64,000 bases of DNA from positions 320,001 to 384,000 of the forward strand of contig CAWHXD010000008.1 in assembly GCA_963833225.1 (NCBI GenBank), in the 5' to 3' direction. Shown piece by piece: positions 11,479-24,559 of the stretch. The DNA is from an uncultured Chloroflexia bacterium (GTDB lineage: Bacteria; Chloroflexota; Limnocylindria; Limnocylindrales; CSP1-4). Made by a program: the position numbers and the translations under genes. Below the pieces are notes generated by a model. That model worked only from the letters and a program-made list of their open reading frames with translations, was not told the origin of the DNA and ran no database searches. Each line of letters starts with the position of its first letter. The stretch's first letter is position 1.

Positions 11479-12636
11479 CTAGGCGACGAACGAGAGCCCG
11501 AGGGCGAAGTCGTCGACGAGGTCCGCCACGTCCTCGCAGCCGACCGAGACGCGGATCAGCCCGTCGCGCTTGGGCTGCGGGTACACGAGCGTGAACACGT
11601 CGCCCAGGCTGACCGCGATGTCGCACAGGCGAAGGTGGTCGGTGAAGGCCGACATCGCCGGGGTGCCTCCCTTCGGACGGAACGTCACCATCGCCCCGAA
11701 GCGATCCCCGAGCAGCCGCCGCGCGACCCGGTGATCGGGGTGCGACGCGAGCCCCGGATACCGCACCCAGTCCACCTTGGGGTGTGACTCGAGGTAGCCG
11801 GCCAGCGCCGCCGCGTTCTCGGAGCCCCTGGCGGACCGGAGCGGCAGCGTCCGGACGCCGCGGAGGACCAGGAACGAGGCGAACGGGTTGGCCGCCTGGC
11901 CGAACATGTCGACCTGCTTCCGGATGGGATCCAGGAGCGCCTTGGGACCCGAGACCACGCCGCTGACCGCGTCCCCGTGGCCGGAGAGGTATTTCGTGGC
12001 GGCATGCACCACCAGGTCCGCGCCATGCTCCAGCGGTCGGAACAGGGCCGGGCCCAGGAACGTGTTGTCGGCCACGACCAGGATCCCATGGCGGTGCGCA
12101 AGCTCGGCGAGTGCCGGCAGGTCGGCCATCCGCAGGCGCGGGTTGGTGGAGGTCTCCATGAACAGGAGGCGGGTCCGCGGCGTGATCGCCGACTCCACCG
12201 CCGCGAGGTCCGTCATGTCCACGGGTGTCACCGCGATGTCCCGGCGCGGGAGGTCCTCTTCCCATAGCACCCGGGTGATCGCGAACAGCTCGTCGCCCAG
12301 GACGACGTGGTCACCCGCGTCGAGGTGGGCGAACAGCGTCGAGGCGACGGCGGCCATCCCGGATGAGGACACCACGCAGTCCTCCGCTCCCTCGAGGCTG
12401 GCGACCTTCTCCTCGAGGGCCCGGTTGGTGGGGTTTCCGGTGCGCGAGTAGAAGTACGAGGTCGGGTCCCACTCGAGCGCCCGGTCGACCGCATCCTCCT
12501 TCTCGGCGGCGGTGTCGAAGGCGAAGGTCGCGGTCGCGTAGATGGGCGTGTTGTGCGCGTGGGTGGTGGGATCGGGCCGTTCCCCAGCGTGGATCGCCCG
12601 CGTCGCGAAGCCCTCGCCGTCCGTCCGTTCGCGCAT
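11479..12636 (-). CDS. PLP-dependent trans-sulfuration enzyme (cystathionine gamma-synthase / methionine gamma-lyase family)
   Basis: FATRAIHAG, YSRTGNPT, SSGMAA, DNTF, HAATKYLSGHGD (PLP lysine), IRVSVGCED. Confidence 0.9.
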   Translation of the reverse strand: MRERTDGEGFATRAIHAGERPDPTTHAHNTPIYATATFAFDTAAEKEDAVDRALEWDPTSYFYSRTGNPTNRALEEKVASLEGAEDCVVSSSGMAAVASTLFAHLDAGDHVVLGDELFAITRVLWEEDLPRRDIAVTPVDMTDLAAVESAITPRTRLLFMETSTNPRLRMADLPALAELAHRHGILVVADNTFLGPALFRPLEHGADLVVHAATKYLSGHGDAVSGVVSGPKALLDPIRKQVDMFGQAANPFASFLVLRGVRTLPLRSARGSENAAALAGYLESHPKVDWVRYPGLASHPDHRVARRLLGDRFGAMVTFRPKGGTPAMSAFTDHLRLCDIAVSLGDVFTLVYPQPKRDGLIRVSVGCEDVADLVDDFALGLSFVA

Positions 12637-12793
12637 GCCGTCCTCATCTGGGTGTCGTGGTGGCCCCGCCCGCGGCAAGTCTAGGGTGGCTTCGCGCCCC
12701 GCGACTCGCGCCCGTGGCCATACCCATGCGGGGCTCCACCGCAACGCACCCGGCGACCGTCTCGGACAGCGGAGGGGAGGATTGTGACTCGCG

Positions 12794-12922
12794 GTCACGG
12801 TTCTGGGGCCCAAGGGCGCGCAACACGGTCGTCCCGGCCTGCTGCGGACGTATCCGGGACTCAGGGTCACGAATCCAACGACCTTCGGGCATTCAACCCC
12901 GCTTCGATCCCGAAACGCTGAC
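12794..12922. repeat. 129-bp intergenic element with imperfect terminal inverted repeats (copy A)
   Basis: Left end gtcacggttctggggcccaag and right end ccgcttcgatcccgaaacgctgac both match copy B at 45284-45412, which has the same length. Confidence 0.7.
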
Positions 12923-12941
12923 GGGGAGTCATGCGGGGCTG

Positions 12942-13010
12942 GTGACGGGCGGGCCGGCGGGCGGCGGCGGCCGATCGCGCGTGACGGGGCGGGCCGGCGG
13001 GCGGCGGCCG
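12942..13010. repeat. Imperfect direct repeat, 2 copies, ~39 bp period
   Basis: gtgacggg(g)cgggccggcgggcggcggc at 12942 and 12981. Confidence 0.7.
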
Positions 13011-13022
13011 CGGCTCCGGTTC

Positions 13023-13295
13023 CTACTTGACGAGGAAGCCCGCCACGACCAGCACGAACCCCGCGAGCACGATGCCTCCACCGATCTGCGCCTGGCGGCG
13101 GAGCAACTGCATCGCCACGGATGCGCCGGTCTTGCCATCGGGACGGGATCCGCCACGCCAGGCCTCGTAGCGGGCGACGTTGGCGTCCTGCTCGCGCAGC
13201 GCCATGTATCGCCGATATGGCTCGCGGGCGCGCGCGACGCCCACGACGATGAACACGATGCCGGCCGCGATCAGCCCGAGGCCCATGAATCCCAC
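13023..13295 (-). CDS. Small two-TM hypothetical membrane protein
   Basis: 90 aa, hydrophobic termini, directly downstream of gatB, GGAGG upstream. Confidence 0.7.
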   Translation of the reverse strand: MGFMGLGLIAAGIVFIVVGVARAREPYRRYMALREQDANVARYEAWRGGSRPDGKTGASVAMQLLRRQAQIGGGIVLAGFVLVVAGFLVK

Positions 13296-13298
13296 CGG

Positions 13299-14795
13299 TC
13301 AGCCTCCCTCGTCCAGGCGCTCGCGCACCAGTTGCGTCACCCGCGCCGCGTCGGCCGCCCCGGCGCTGCGCTTCATCACCTGCCCCACGAAGAACCCGGT
13401 CACCGGCCTGCCGGCCCGGTAGTCCGCGACGGCCTTCGGGTTGTCGGCGATCACCGCCTCCACGAAGCCGGACAGGGTGGCGTCGTCGTTGATCGGCCCG
13501 GGGCCGGCGCCGGCGAGGAGCTGCGCCGCGTCCGCTCCGGATCCGAGATGCTCGGCCAGCAGGTCCCGTCCGACCTGGCGTGAGACCTGCCCGCCGGCAA
13601 TGGCGCCCAGCAGCGCTGCCACCTCGGTGGGGCGGGCGGCGTCGGCGAGGCCATGGGCGTTGGGGCCGGTCACCTTGATCGCGCGCGCGTGGGCCCCGGC
13701 CACGAAGTTGGCGATGTCCTTCACGGGCACGTCACGTCCGGCCGCGCGGATCGCGTCGAAGGCGCCCCACATGAGGGGGTCCGCCACCAGCACGGCGGCG
13801 TCGTACGCGGAGAGACCCAGGGACTCGTACCGCGCGCGCCGGGCTGCCGGCAGCTCCGGGGCCGTCGCCCGCACCTCCTCGATCCACGCCGGGTCCACGT
13901 GGAGCGGCGGCAGGTCCGGATCCGGGAAGTACCGGTAATCCTCCGATGTCTCCTTGGAACGCATCCGGTAGGTCGCCTGCCGGCCGTCATCCCAGCCGCG
14001 GGTCTCCATGAACAGCGGCTCGCCGGTGTCCAGCGCGCGGCCCTGCCGGTCGATCTCGTACTCGATCGCGCGCTCGACCGCGCGGAAGGAGTTCATGTTC
14101 TTGACCTCGACCCGGGTCCCCAGCGCGCTCGTGCCCCGCGGACGGAGCGAGACGTTCGCCTCGACGCGCATCTGGCCGCGCTCCATGTCCGCGTCGGATA
14201 CCCCGATCGCCCGGAGCAGCAGCTGCAGCTCCTCGGCGTAACGGCGGGCCTGCTCGGCGGTCCGGAGATCGGGCTCAGTGACGATCTCCATGAGCGGCGC
14301 GCCGGAGCGGTTGTAGTCCAGCAGCGACCCGCGGCCCCCGGTCTCTCCCGGGACGTCCGCGTGGATCAGCTTGGCCGTGTCCTCCTCGAGGTGAGCGCGC
14401 GTGATCGGCACCGTGAACGGGCCCGCGGAGGTGTCGACGGTCAGCCGCCCGCGGGCCGCCAGCGGGATCGCGTACTGGCTGATCTGGTAGCCCTTTGGGA
14501 GGTCCGGGTAGAAGTAGTTCTTGCGCTCCCACTGCGAGTGCTCCGGGATCTCGGCCTCGATCGCCAGCCCGGTCGCGATCACGAGCTCCACGGCCCGCCG
14601 GTTGATGACCGGGAGGGCGCCGGGCAGGGCAAGGCAGACGGGACACACGTGGGTGTTGGGGGCCGTGTCCGCGTAGGCGTTGGAGCACGCGCAGAACATC
14701 TTGGACGCCGTGCGCAGCTGGCAGTGGATCTCGATGCCGATGACCACCTCGTAGCGCTCCAGGAGGTGGGTCGCGGGGGTCGCGGCGATGCTCAC
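13299..14795 (-). CDS. gatB: Asp/Glu-tRNA amidotransferase subunit B
   Basis: YEVVIGIEIHCQL, KNYFYPDLPKGYQISQ, HLEEDTAK, EVKNMNSF, DYRYFPDPDL; GTG start at 14795. Confidence 0.96.
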   Translation of the reverse strand: MSIAATPATHLLERYEVVIGIEIHCQLRTASKMFCACSNAYADTAPNTHVCPVCLALPGALPVINRRAVELVIATGLAIEAEIPEHSQWERKNYFYPDLPKGYQISQYAIPLAARGRLTVDTSAGPFTVPITRAHLEEDTAKLIHADVPGETGGRGSLLDYNRSGAPLMEIVTEPDLRTAEQARRYAEELQLLLRAIGVSDADMERGQMRVEANVSLRPRGTSALGTRVEVKNMNSFRAVERAIEYEIDRQGRALDTGEPLFMETRGWDDGRQATYRMRSKETSEDYRYFPDPDLPPLHVDPAWIEEVRATAPELPAARRARYESLGLSAYDAAVLVADPLMWGAFDAIRAAGRDVPVKDIANFVAGAHARAIKVTGPNAHGLADAARPTEVAALLGAIAGGQVSRQVGRDLLAEHLGSGADAAQLLAGAGPGPINDDATLSGFVEAVIADNPKAVADYRAGRPVTGFFVGQVMKRSAGAADAARVTQLVRERLDEGG

Positions 14796-15055
14796 GCCGG
14801 CAACTCGAGCCCGACCGTCGCCAGGTACAGGCCATACATCGCAATGGCCAGCCACGCGAGCGCGAATCCCAGCCGGCGTGCGGCGCCCCGAACGCGGGTG
14901 CGCGTGTGCAGCGGACGGGCGGATTCGACGAGGGTGCGTGTCGGCTCCCCGTCCCGGGCGAGCGGCAGCAGCGCCAGGCGGGCCGCCGCGTATCCACGCA
15001 GGCTGCCGTAGACGGTCAGGAACAGGCCGGAGGCGACCAGGACGGCGGACAGCAT
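14792..15055 (-). CDS. Small two-TM hypothetical membrane protein
   Basis: MLSAVLVASGLFLTVYG...WLAIAMYGLYL; stop overlaps gatB start (GTGA). Confidence 0.6.
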   Translation of the reverse strand: MLSAVLVASGLFLTVYGSLRGYAAARLALLPLARDGEPTRTLVESARPLHTRTRVRGAARRLGFALAWLAIAMYGLYLATVGLELPA

Positions 15056-15219
15056 CGAGGGCAAGTTTCGCACACCCGGCACGACGGGCGACCTGCGGTG
15101 GGATCCACCGCGCCGCTCGTCCACACGTCACGCAAGGGCCACGTGATCACCGTGGCGCCGGGGCCTGGCATCGCAACCGTCCCGTTCCCATCACGCCGCC
15201 CGATCGCATCCATCCAATC

Positions 15220-15281
15220 GTGAGAGCGCTCTCTTGACAGACGGTGTTATCGTCCTCGGTGAGTGTGAGAGCGCTCTCACA
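15220..15281 (+). promoter_or_regulatory. Two LacI-family (CelR/CebR-like) operators flanking an extended -10 promoter
   Basis: gTGAGAGCGCTCTCt at 15220-15234; perfect 18-bp palindrome TGTGAGAGCGCTCTCACA at 15264-15281; TGtTATCGT at 15245-15253; AGGAGG RBS follows. Confidence 0.85.
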
Positions 15282-15292
15282 GGAGGCACACC

Positions 15293-16345
15293 TTGGCCGC
15301 AATCAACCCGCGCGATCGGACCCCCGGCACGGCGACGCTCGAGGCGGTCGCCCGCGTCGCCGGCGTGTCCCGGGCAACGGTGTCGCGGGTGGTCAACGGG
15401 AGCCCCAGGGTCAGCCCCGACGTCCGGGCCACCGTCGAGGCCGCCGTCCGCCAGCTTGGCTACACGCCCAACCGCGCGGCCAGGAGCCTGGTCACCCGGC
15501 GTAGCGACTCGATCGCCGTCGTCATCACCGAGCCGCCTGGCAGGTTGTTCTCGGACCCGTTCTTCCCCCAGATCGTGCGCGGGGTCAGTGGGGCGCTCGC
15601 CAGCCGCGACCTCCAGCTGGTCCTCCTGATGCCCGAGCCCGGCGACGAGGGGCGCACTATCCGCTACTTGACGGGCGGCCACGTGGACGGGGCCTTGCTG
15701 GTGAGCCTTCATGGCGAGGATCCGATCCCGTCGGCACTGGCAGCCAGTGGCGTCCCGTCGGTGTGCGTGGGCCGTCCACCGGCGGGGGTCGACGTGAGCT
15801 ACGTCGACGTCGACAACCGCCAGGGGGGTCGTCGCGCCACCCGCCACCTGCTCGAGCTCGGCCGGCGCCGCGTGGCGACCATCTCCGGTCCCGCCGACAT
15901 GGCGGTGGGGGTCGACCGGCTCAACGGCTACCGTGACGCGCTCCGCGCGTCCGGCCGCGCGGAGGACCCGTCCCTGGTCGCGCAGGGCGACTTCAGCTAC
16001 GAGGGCGGAGCCGCGGCCATGGAACGTCTCCTGGACGCCCACCCCGATCTCGATGCCGTGTTCGCGGCCTCGGACCTGATGGCAGCCGGGGCCCTGGGCG
16101 TCATGCTCTCGCGCGGGCTCCGGATCCCCGATGACGTCGCGCTGGTGGGCTTCGACGACTCCCCCGTGGCGGCGACCACGCGTCCGCCGCTGTCAAGCGT
16201 CCGCCAGCCGATCGAGGAGATGGGGCCCGAAGCGGTCCACCTGCTGCTCGACGCCGTCGAGCGGCCCGACCGCCCGCCCCGGCGCGTCGTCCTGGCCACG
16301 CGGCTCCTGGTACGCGCCTCGAGCGCGGGGAGGGAGGCCATCTGA
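15293..16345 (+). CDS. LacI-family transcriptional repressor (CelR/CebR-like)
   Basis: HTH TLEAVARVAGVSRATVSRVVN, YTPNRAARSL, IPDDVALVGFDD. Confidence 0.94.
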   Translation: MAAINPRDRTPGTATLEAVARVAGVSRATVSRVVNGSPRVSPDVRATVEAAVRQLGYTPNRAARSLVTRRSDSIAVVITEPPGRLFSDPFFPQIVRGVSGALASRDLQLVLLMPEPGDEGRTIRYLTGGHVDGALLVSLHGEDPIPSALAASGVPSVCVGRPPAGVDVSYVDVDNRQGGRRATRHLLELGRRRVATISGPADMAVGVDRLNGYRDALRASGRAEDPSLVAQGDFSYEGGAAAMERLLDAHPDLDAVFAASDLMAAGALGVMLSRGLRIPDDVALVGFDDSPVAATTRPPLSSVRQPIEEMGPEAVHLLLDAVERPDRPPRRVVLATRLLVRASSAGREAI

Positions 16346-16436
16346 CATCACCGGCAGCGGCGACCGGGCGCGCCTGATCCGCCCCCCCACCGAGGTCCGC
16401 ATCGCTCGAACCACATCCAGGAGGAGGAGCACCAAC

Positions 16437-17945
16437 ATGGATCGTCAACGATCCCGATTCGCACGGCTCGCCGCGCTGGTGGGCACCGTGGTCATCGCTG
16501 TCGCCGCGTGCAGCGGCACGGCGGCAACCCCCAGCCCCACCGTCGCTCCGACCGAGGCCCCGGCCACCACGGCACCCGCCACCGAGGCGCCGACACCGCT
16601 CGTCACCGCGGCCCCGATCGTCCCCGACGAGCCCGGGCCCAACGGCGGCACCGTCGTCCGCTGGTTCGTTGGCCTGGGCACCGGCGGCCAGCCGCAACAG
16701 GTCGCGACCCAGACGCAGGTGGTCAACGACTTCAACGCCTCGCAGTCGGACGTCTACATCTCGCTCGAGATCTACGACAACAAGGTCGCGGGCAACATCC
16801 TCAAGACGCAGATCGCCGCCGGCAACGCGCCGGACATCATCGGCCCCGTCGGCGTCGAGGGCCTGAACCTGTTCATCGACCAGCTCATGGACCTCCAGCC
16901 GCTGATCGACTCGACCGCGTACGACATGACCCGCTACGACTCGGCGCTGGTCGACTTCTTCAAGATGGGCAAGGCCGGCGAGACGATCGGCGTCCCGTTC
17001 GCGACCTACCCCTCCTACCTCTGGTACAACAAGAAGCTGTTCGACGAGGCGAAGCTTGCGTACCCGCCGTCCAAGGTCGGCGACCTGTACGAAGGCAAGC
17101 CGTGGGACATGGAGGCCGTTCGTCAGCTGGGCATGCGGCTCACCGTGGACAAGAACGGCAACGACGCCACCAGCGCGGCTTTCGACCCCGACAACATCGT
17201 CCAGTGGGGCTTCGACATGCAGTGGTCTGACAACAGCCCGCTCGCCGAGGCATCCCTGTTCGGCGCCAGCTCCTTCCTCGCCGCGGACGGCAAGACTGCC
17301 CAGGTGGCGGACCCGGTCCGCACGGGTGAGGCCTGGTACAACGCCGGCGTCTGGACCGACCACTTCATCCCCGACAACAACCAGATCAACGGCGACCTGC
17401 TGGCCAAGGGCAACGAGTTCCAGTCGGGCAACCTCGCGATGGACGAGACCCACAGCTGGTACTCGTGCTGCGTCAACCCGGCCGCCCCCGCCAAGCCGAT
17501 CGTGAAGGACTTCGGCTGGGCCGTCGCCCCGTCGTACAACGGCGTCACGACCGCCAAGCTCCACGCCGACACGTTCAGCATCCTCAAGGGCAGCAAGCAC
17601 CCCGAAGCCGCGTTCGCGGCGCTCACCGCGCTTGCCGCGTCGGGCGACCTGCTCCAGGTCTACGGCGCCTTCCCGGCCGACCCGTCCCTCCAGCAGGCGT
17701 TCTTCGACAGCGTCGATGCGCAGTACCCGAACGTGAAGCTGGACTGGTCGGTCCCGCAGGCGATGCTCGGCTACCCCGACATCCCCAACCACCAGTCCTG
17801 GGTCCCTGACTACGCCAAGAGCAAGGCGGCGTGGCAGGCGTTCCAGAACAAGTACCGGACCACGCCGGGGCTCGACATCAACGCCGAGCTCGATGCGCTG
17901 CAGCAGACGCTCCAGGGCATCTTCGACGCGGCCGGCGGGCAGTAG
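16437..17945 (+). CDS. Carbohydrate ABC transporter substrate-binding lipoprotein (probably cello-oligosaccharide)
   Basis: Lipobox VAAC, Pro/Thr linker, SBP_bac_1-like LWYNKKLFDEA; AGGAGGAG RBS. Confidence 0.9.
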   Translation: MDRQRSRFARLAALVGTVVIAVAACSGTAATPSPTVAPTEAPATTAPATEAPTPLVTAAPIVPDEPGPNGGTVVRWFVGLGTGGQPQQVATQTQVVNDFNASQSDVYISLEIYDNKVAGNILKTQIAAGNAPDIIGPVGVEGLNLFIDQLMDLQPLIDSTAYDMTRYDSALVDFFKMGKAGETIGVPFATYPSYLWYNKKLFDEAKLAYPPSKVGDLYEGKPWDMEAVRQLGMRLTVDKNGNDATSAAFDPDNIVQWGFDMQWSDNSPLAEASLFGASSFLAADGKTAQVADPVRTGEAWYNAGVWTDHFIPDNNQINGDLLAKGNEFQSGNLAMDETHSWYSCCVNPAAPAKPIVKDFGWAVAPSYNGVTTAKLHADTFSILKGSKHPEAAFAALTALAASGDLLQVYGAFPADPSLQQAFFDSVDAQYPNVKLDWSVPQAMLGYPDIPNHQSWVPDYAKSKAAWQAFQNKYRTTPGLDINAELDALQQTLQGIFDAAGGQ

Positions 17946-17961
17946 GCTCGTCCTCTCCTCC

Positions 17962-17991
17962 CAGGGCGCCCGGCTCCGGCCGGGCGCCCTG
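17962..17991 (+). terminator. Stem-loop after the SBP gene
   Basis: cagggcgcccggc-tccg-gccgggcgccctg, perfect 13-bp stem. Confidence 0.55.
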
Positions 17992-18019
17992 ATCACGACC
18001 CCCACCTGGAGCGAGGCCG

Positions 18020-19006
18020 ATGACCGCGACGATCGAGGACCTGCCCGAGGTCTCGCTCGCGCCTGACGGACCGCGCCGGTTCCGCCGGCCGTCCATGCCG
18101 TCCCTGCATGGCCCTGCCGCGCGCGAGGTCGCCTGGGGGATCGTGTTCATCAGCCCCTGGCTGATCGGGCTCGTGCTGTTCACGGCCGGACCGATGGTGG
18201 CCTCGCTGGTGATGTCGCTGACCAACTTCGACCTCGTCCACCCGGATGACATCCGGTTCGTGGGCCTGGACAACTACGCGCGGATGGTGACCGATCCCAC
18301 CATCGCCACCTCGGTGATCGCCACGATCAAGTTCGCCCTGATCGCGATCCCGCTCACGATGGCGGCCAGCCTCGGCTTCGCGGTCCTGCTCAACCACCCC
18401 AAGCTGCCCGCAAAGGGCCCCTTCCGGGCGCTGGTCTACATGCCGATGATGATCCCGCTGGTGGCCTCGACCCTGGTCTGGATGGGCTTCCTCAACACCG
18501 ACACGGGGTGGCTCAACGCGATCCTGGGGGCGCTCGGCCTGCCCGAGCCCGACTGGATCAACAACACGACCTGGATCTACCCGGCGTTGTCGATGATCGG
18601 GCTGTGGGGGATCGGCAACTTCATGCTGATCAACATCGCCGGCCTGCAGTCGGTGCCCACCGAGCTCTACGAGGCCGCACGGATCGATGGCGCCGGGGGC
18701 TGGACCCAGTTCCGGCGGATCACCATCCCGTTGATGAGCCCGGTCCTGCTCTACAACCTGGTGATCATCCTGATCGGCACCTTCCAGTACTTCACCCAGG
18801 CCTACACGATGACCAACGGCCGAGGTGACCCGGACAACGCCACGCTGTTCATCAACCTCGTGCTGTACCGCGAAGGGTTCGTGTTCAACCACATGGGCTA
18901 CGCGGCGGCGATCGCGTGGCTGCTGTTCGTGATCGTGCTGGCGCTCACGCTGGTCCTGTTCGCGTTCGCCCGGAACCGCGTCTACTACGCCGGGGGCGAG
19001 CGGTGA
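18020..19006 (+). CDS. Carbohydrate ABC permease (MalF/UgpA-like)
   Basis: EAA loop ELYEAARIDGA, GYAAAIAW. Confidence 0.93.
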   Translation: MTATIEDLPEVSLAPDGPRRFRRPSMPSLHGPAAREVAWGIVFISPWLIGLVLFTAGPMVASLVMSLTNFDLVHPDDIRFVGLDNYARMVTDPTIATSVIATIKFALIAIPLTMAASLGFAVLLNHPKLPAKGPFRALVYMPMMIPLVASTLVWMGFLNTDTGWLNAILGALGLPEPDWINNTTWIYPALSMIGLWGIGNFMLINIAGLQSVPTELYEAARIDGAGGWTQFRRITIPLMSPVLLYNLVIILIGTFQYFTQAYTMTNGRGDPDNATLFINLVLYREGFVFNHMGYAAAIAWLLFVIVLALTLVLFAFARNRVYYAGGER

Positions 19007-20088
19007 CGGCGGTCGCGCGATCCCACGAGCGGGCGTTCTCCGATCGCTCCGCGGTCGCCCGCTCCTACCGCCGGTTCCTGGGCCGCTCGATGCTGCTGAT
19101 GTTCACGACGGTGATCGTCGGGGCGTACCTGCTGCCGTTGCTGTACATGGTGACCACGGCGCTCCAGCAGCCGGGCCAGTCCACCGTCCCGGGCGCCCCG
19201 ATCTGGCCGGCGCTGCCCCAGTCGTTCGAGATCGACGGCGAGAGCTACAACGTGTACCAGGTCCCGATGCCCGATGGCTCCACGCGCTCGCTGGCCCTCG
19301 TGGAGCCCGGCCGGGAGTCGAGCGTGTTCGTGGACCCGTCGGACCCGACCCTGGCCCCGATCCCGTGGGAGGGCCGCTGGCGGACGCTCGAGCAGTCGTG
19401 GTCGTTTGCCCCGCTGATCGACAACTTCACCGTCTCGTGGGACCAGCTCGACTTCCCGCGACTACTGCGCAACACGGTCGGGATCGCGCTGCTGAGCACG
19501 ATCGGCGCGGTCACCTCGTCGATCCTGGTCGCGTACGGCTTCGCACGCTTCCGGTTCCCGGGACGCAACGTCCTGTTCGTGATCCTGATCGCGACGATCA
19601 TCCTGCCGTTCCAGGTGACCCTGCTCCCCCAGTACGTGATGTTCACCTGGCTCGGCTGGAACGGGACGTGGCTGCCGCTGATCATCCCCCACTGCTTCGC
19701 GAACGCGTACAACGTGTTCCTGCTGCGCCAGTACTTCATGTCGATCCCGCGCGAGATGGACGAGGCGGCCATGTGCGACGGCGCCGGGCCGTTCCGGATC
19801 CTGCGCTCGGTGATCGTCCCCCAGTCGGTGGCCGCGATCACGGCGGTGTCGCTGTTCCACTTCTTCTTCGCCTGGAACGACTTCTTCGTCCCGCTCCTCT
19901 ATCTCGCCAGCAAGCCCGAGCTGCAGCCCGTGTCGATCGCGATCCAGCAGTACAACGCGCTGTACGCGACGCAGCCCACCCTGATCCAGGCGTCAGCGCT
20001 GATGACCATGGCCATCCCGATCGTCGTGTTCCTGCTGGCGCAGCGCGCGTTCATGCGCGGCGTGGTGATCACCGGCGTGGACAAGTAG
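19003..20088 (+). CDS. Carbohydrate ABC permease (MalG/UgpE-like)
   Basis: AYGFARFRFPGR, EMDEAAMCDGA, AWNDF; GTGA overlap. Confidence 0.93.
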   Translation: MTAVARSHERAFSDRSAVARSYRRFLGRSMLLMFTTVIVGAYLLPLLYMVTTALQQPGQSTVPGAPIWPALPQSFEIDGESYNVYQVPMPDGSTRSLALVEPGRESSVFVDPSDPTLAPIPWEGRWRTLEQSWSFAPLIDNFTVSWDQLDFPRLLRNTVGIALLSTIGAVTSSILVAYGFARFRFPGRNVLFVILIATIILPFQVTLLPQYVMFTWLGWNGTWLPLIIPHCFANAYNVFLLRQYFMSIPREMDEAAMCDGAGPFRILRSVIVPQSVAAITAVSLFHFFFAWNDFFVPLLYLASKPELQPVSIAIQQYNALYATQPTLIQASALMTMAIPIVVFLLAQRAFMRGVVITGVDK

Positions 20089-20095
20089 GTCCAGC

Positions 20096-24017
<3,922 letters not shown>

Positions 24018-24029
24018 CCGGACCGGATC

Positions 24030-24431
24030 TCAGGCCGGCGGGCTCTTGATCGTCTCGAGCGCCCGCTGGATCGCCTCGTGGAGCCGGGCCCCGGTCGGCT
24101 GACCCTCGAGCGGCACGACGCCGTGGGTTGGCTCGTCGTCGAAGCCGGAGAGGCCCATGCCCGGGAACGTCAGCACGATGGGCACGTCGGGATGGAGGCG
24201 ACGCAGGCCCGCGATGAGCTCGGTGGACCCGTCGCTGTCCCCGCTGGCCCAGGCGTCGTAGATGAGCACGTCGGACCGCGCCGCCAGCTCACAGGTGCCG
24301 CCATTGAGCACGGGACAGGTGTTGGCGGTCGGACCGCTGCACTGGTCCACCTGGTAGCCGAGGCGGCGGAGGGACTCGACCTCCTGGTCGGCAAGGTCGA
24401 TGTCGTGGTGGACGACGAGCGCTCTGGTCAT
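24030..24431 (-). CDS. Atypical single-domain receiver (CheY-like) protein with Cys triad
   Basis: RALVVHHD...LRRLGYQV...DVLIYD...LRRLHPDVPIVL receiver pattern; GGAGG RBS. Confidence 0.7.
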   Translation of the reverse strand: MTRALVVHHDIDLADQEVESLRRLGYQVDQCSGPTANTCPVLNGGTCELAARSDVLIYDAWASGDSDGSTELIAGLRRLHPDVPIVLTFPGMGLSGFDDEPTHGVVPLEGQPTGARLHEAIQRALETIKSPPA

Positions 24432-24559
24432 GGACGCACCTCCACGGGTCGCCGCGGCGCCCGACACCGCGGTCCCGCCCGCAGGCGCAGGGTGCGCGAC
24501 ATCCGGCACGGCGTGGAAGGGCCGGATGTCATCCTCTCGGAAGCCGGCTCGCGTCCATG

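Noticed and set aside
12640-12790. SAM riboswitch upstream of the trans-sulfuration gene
   Set aside because: No SAM-I/IV core (AUC.AGAG...GCAACC...GUGC) recognised; a -10-like TAGACT lies only ~40 nt upstream of the ATG
15234-15239. TTGACA as the -35 of the LacI cluster promoter
   Set aside because: Only 8 nt from the TATCGT -10, so the spacing is incompatible; the extended -10 reading is preferred
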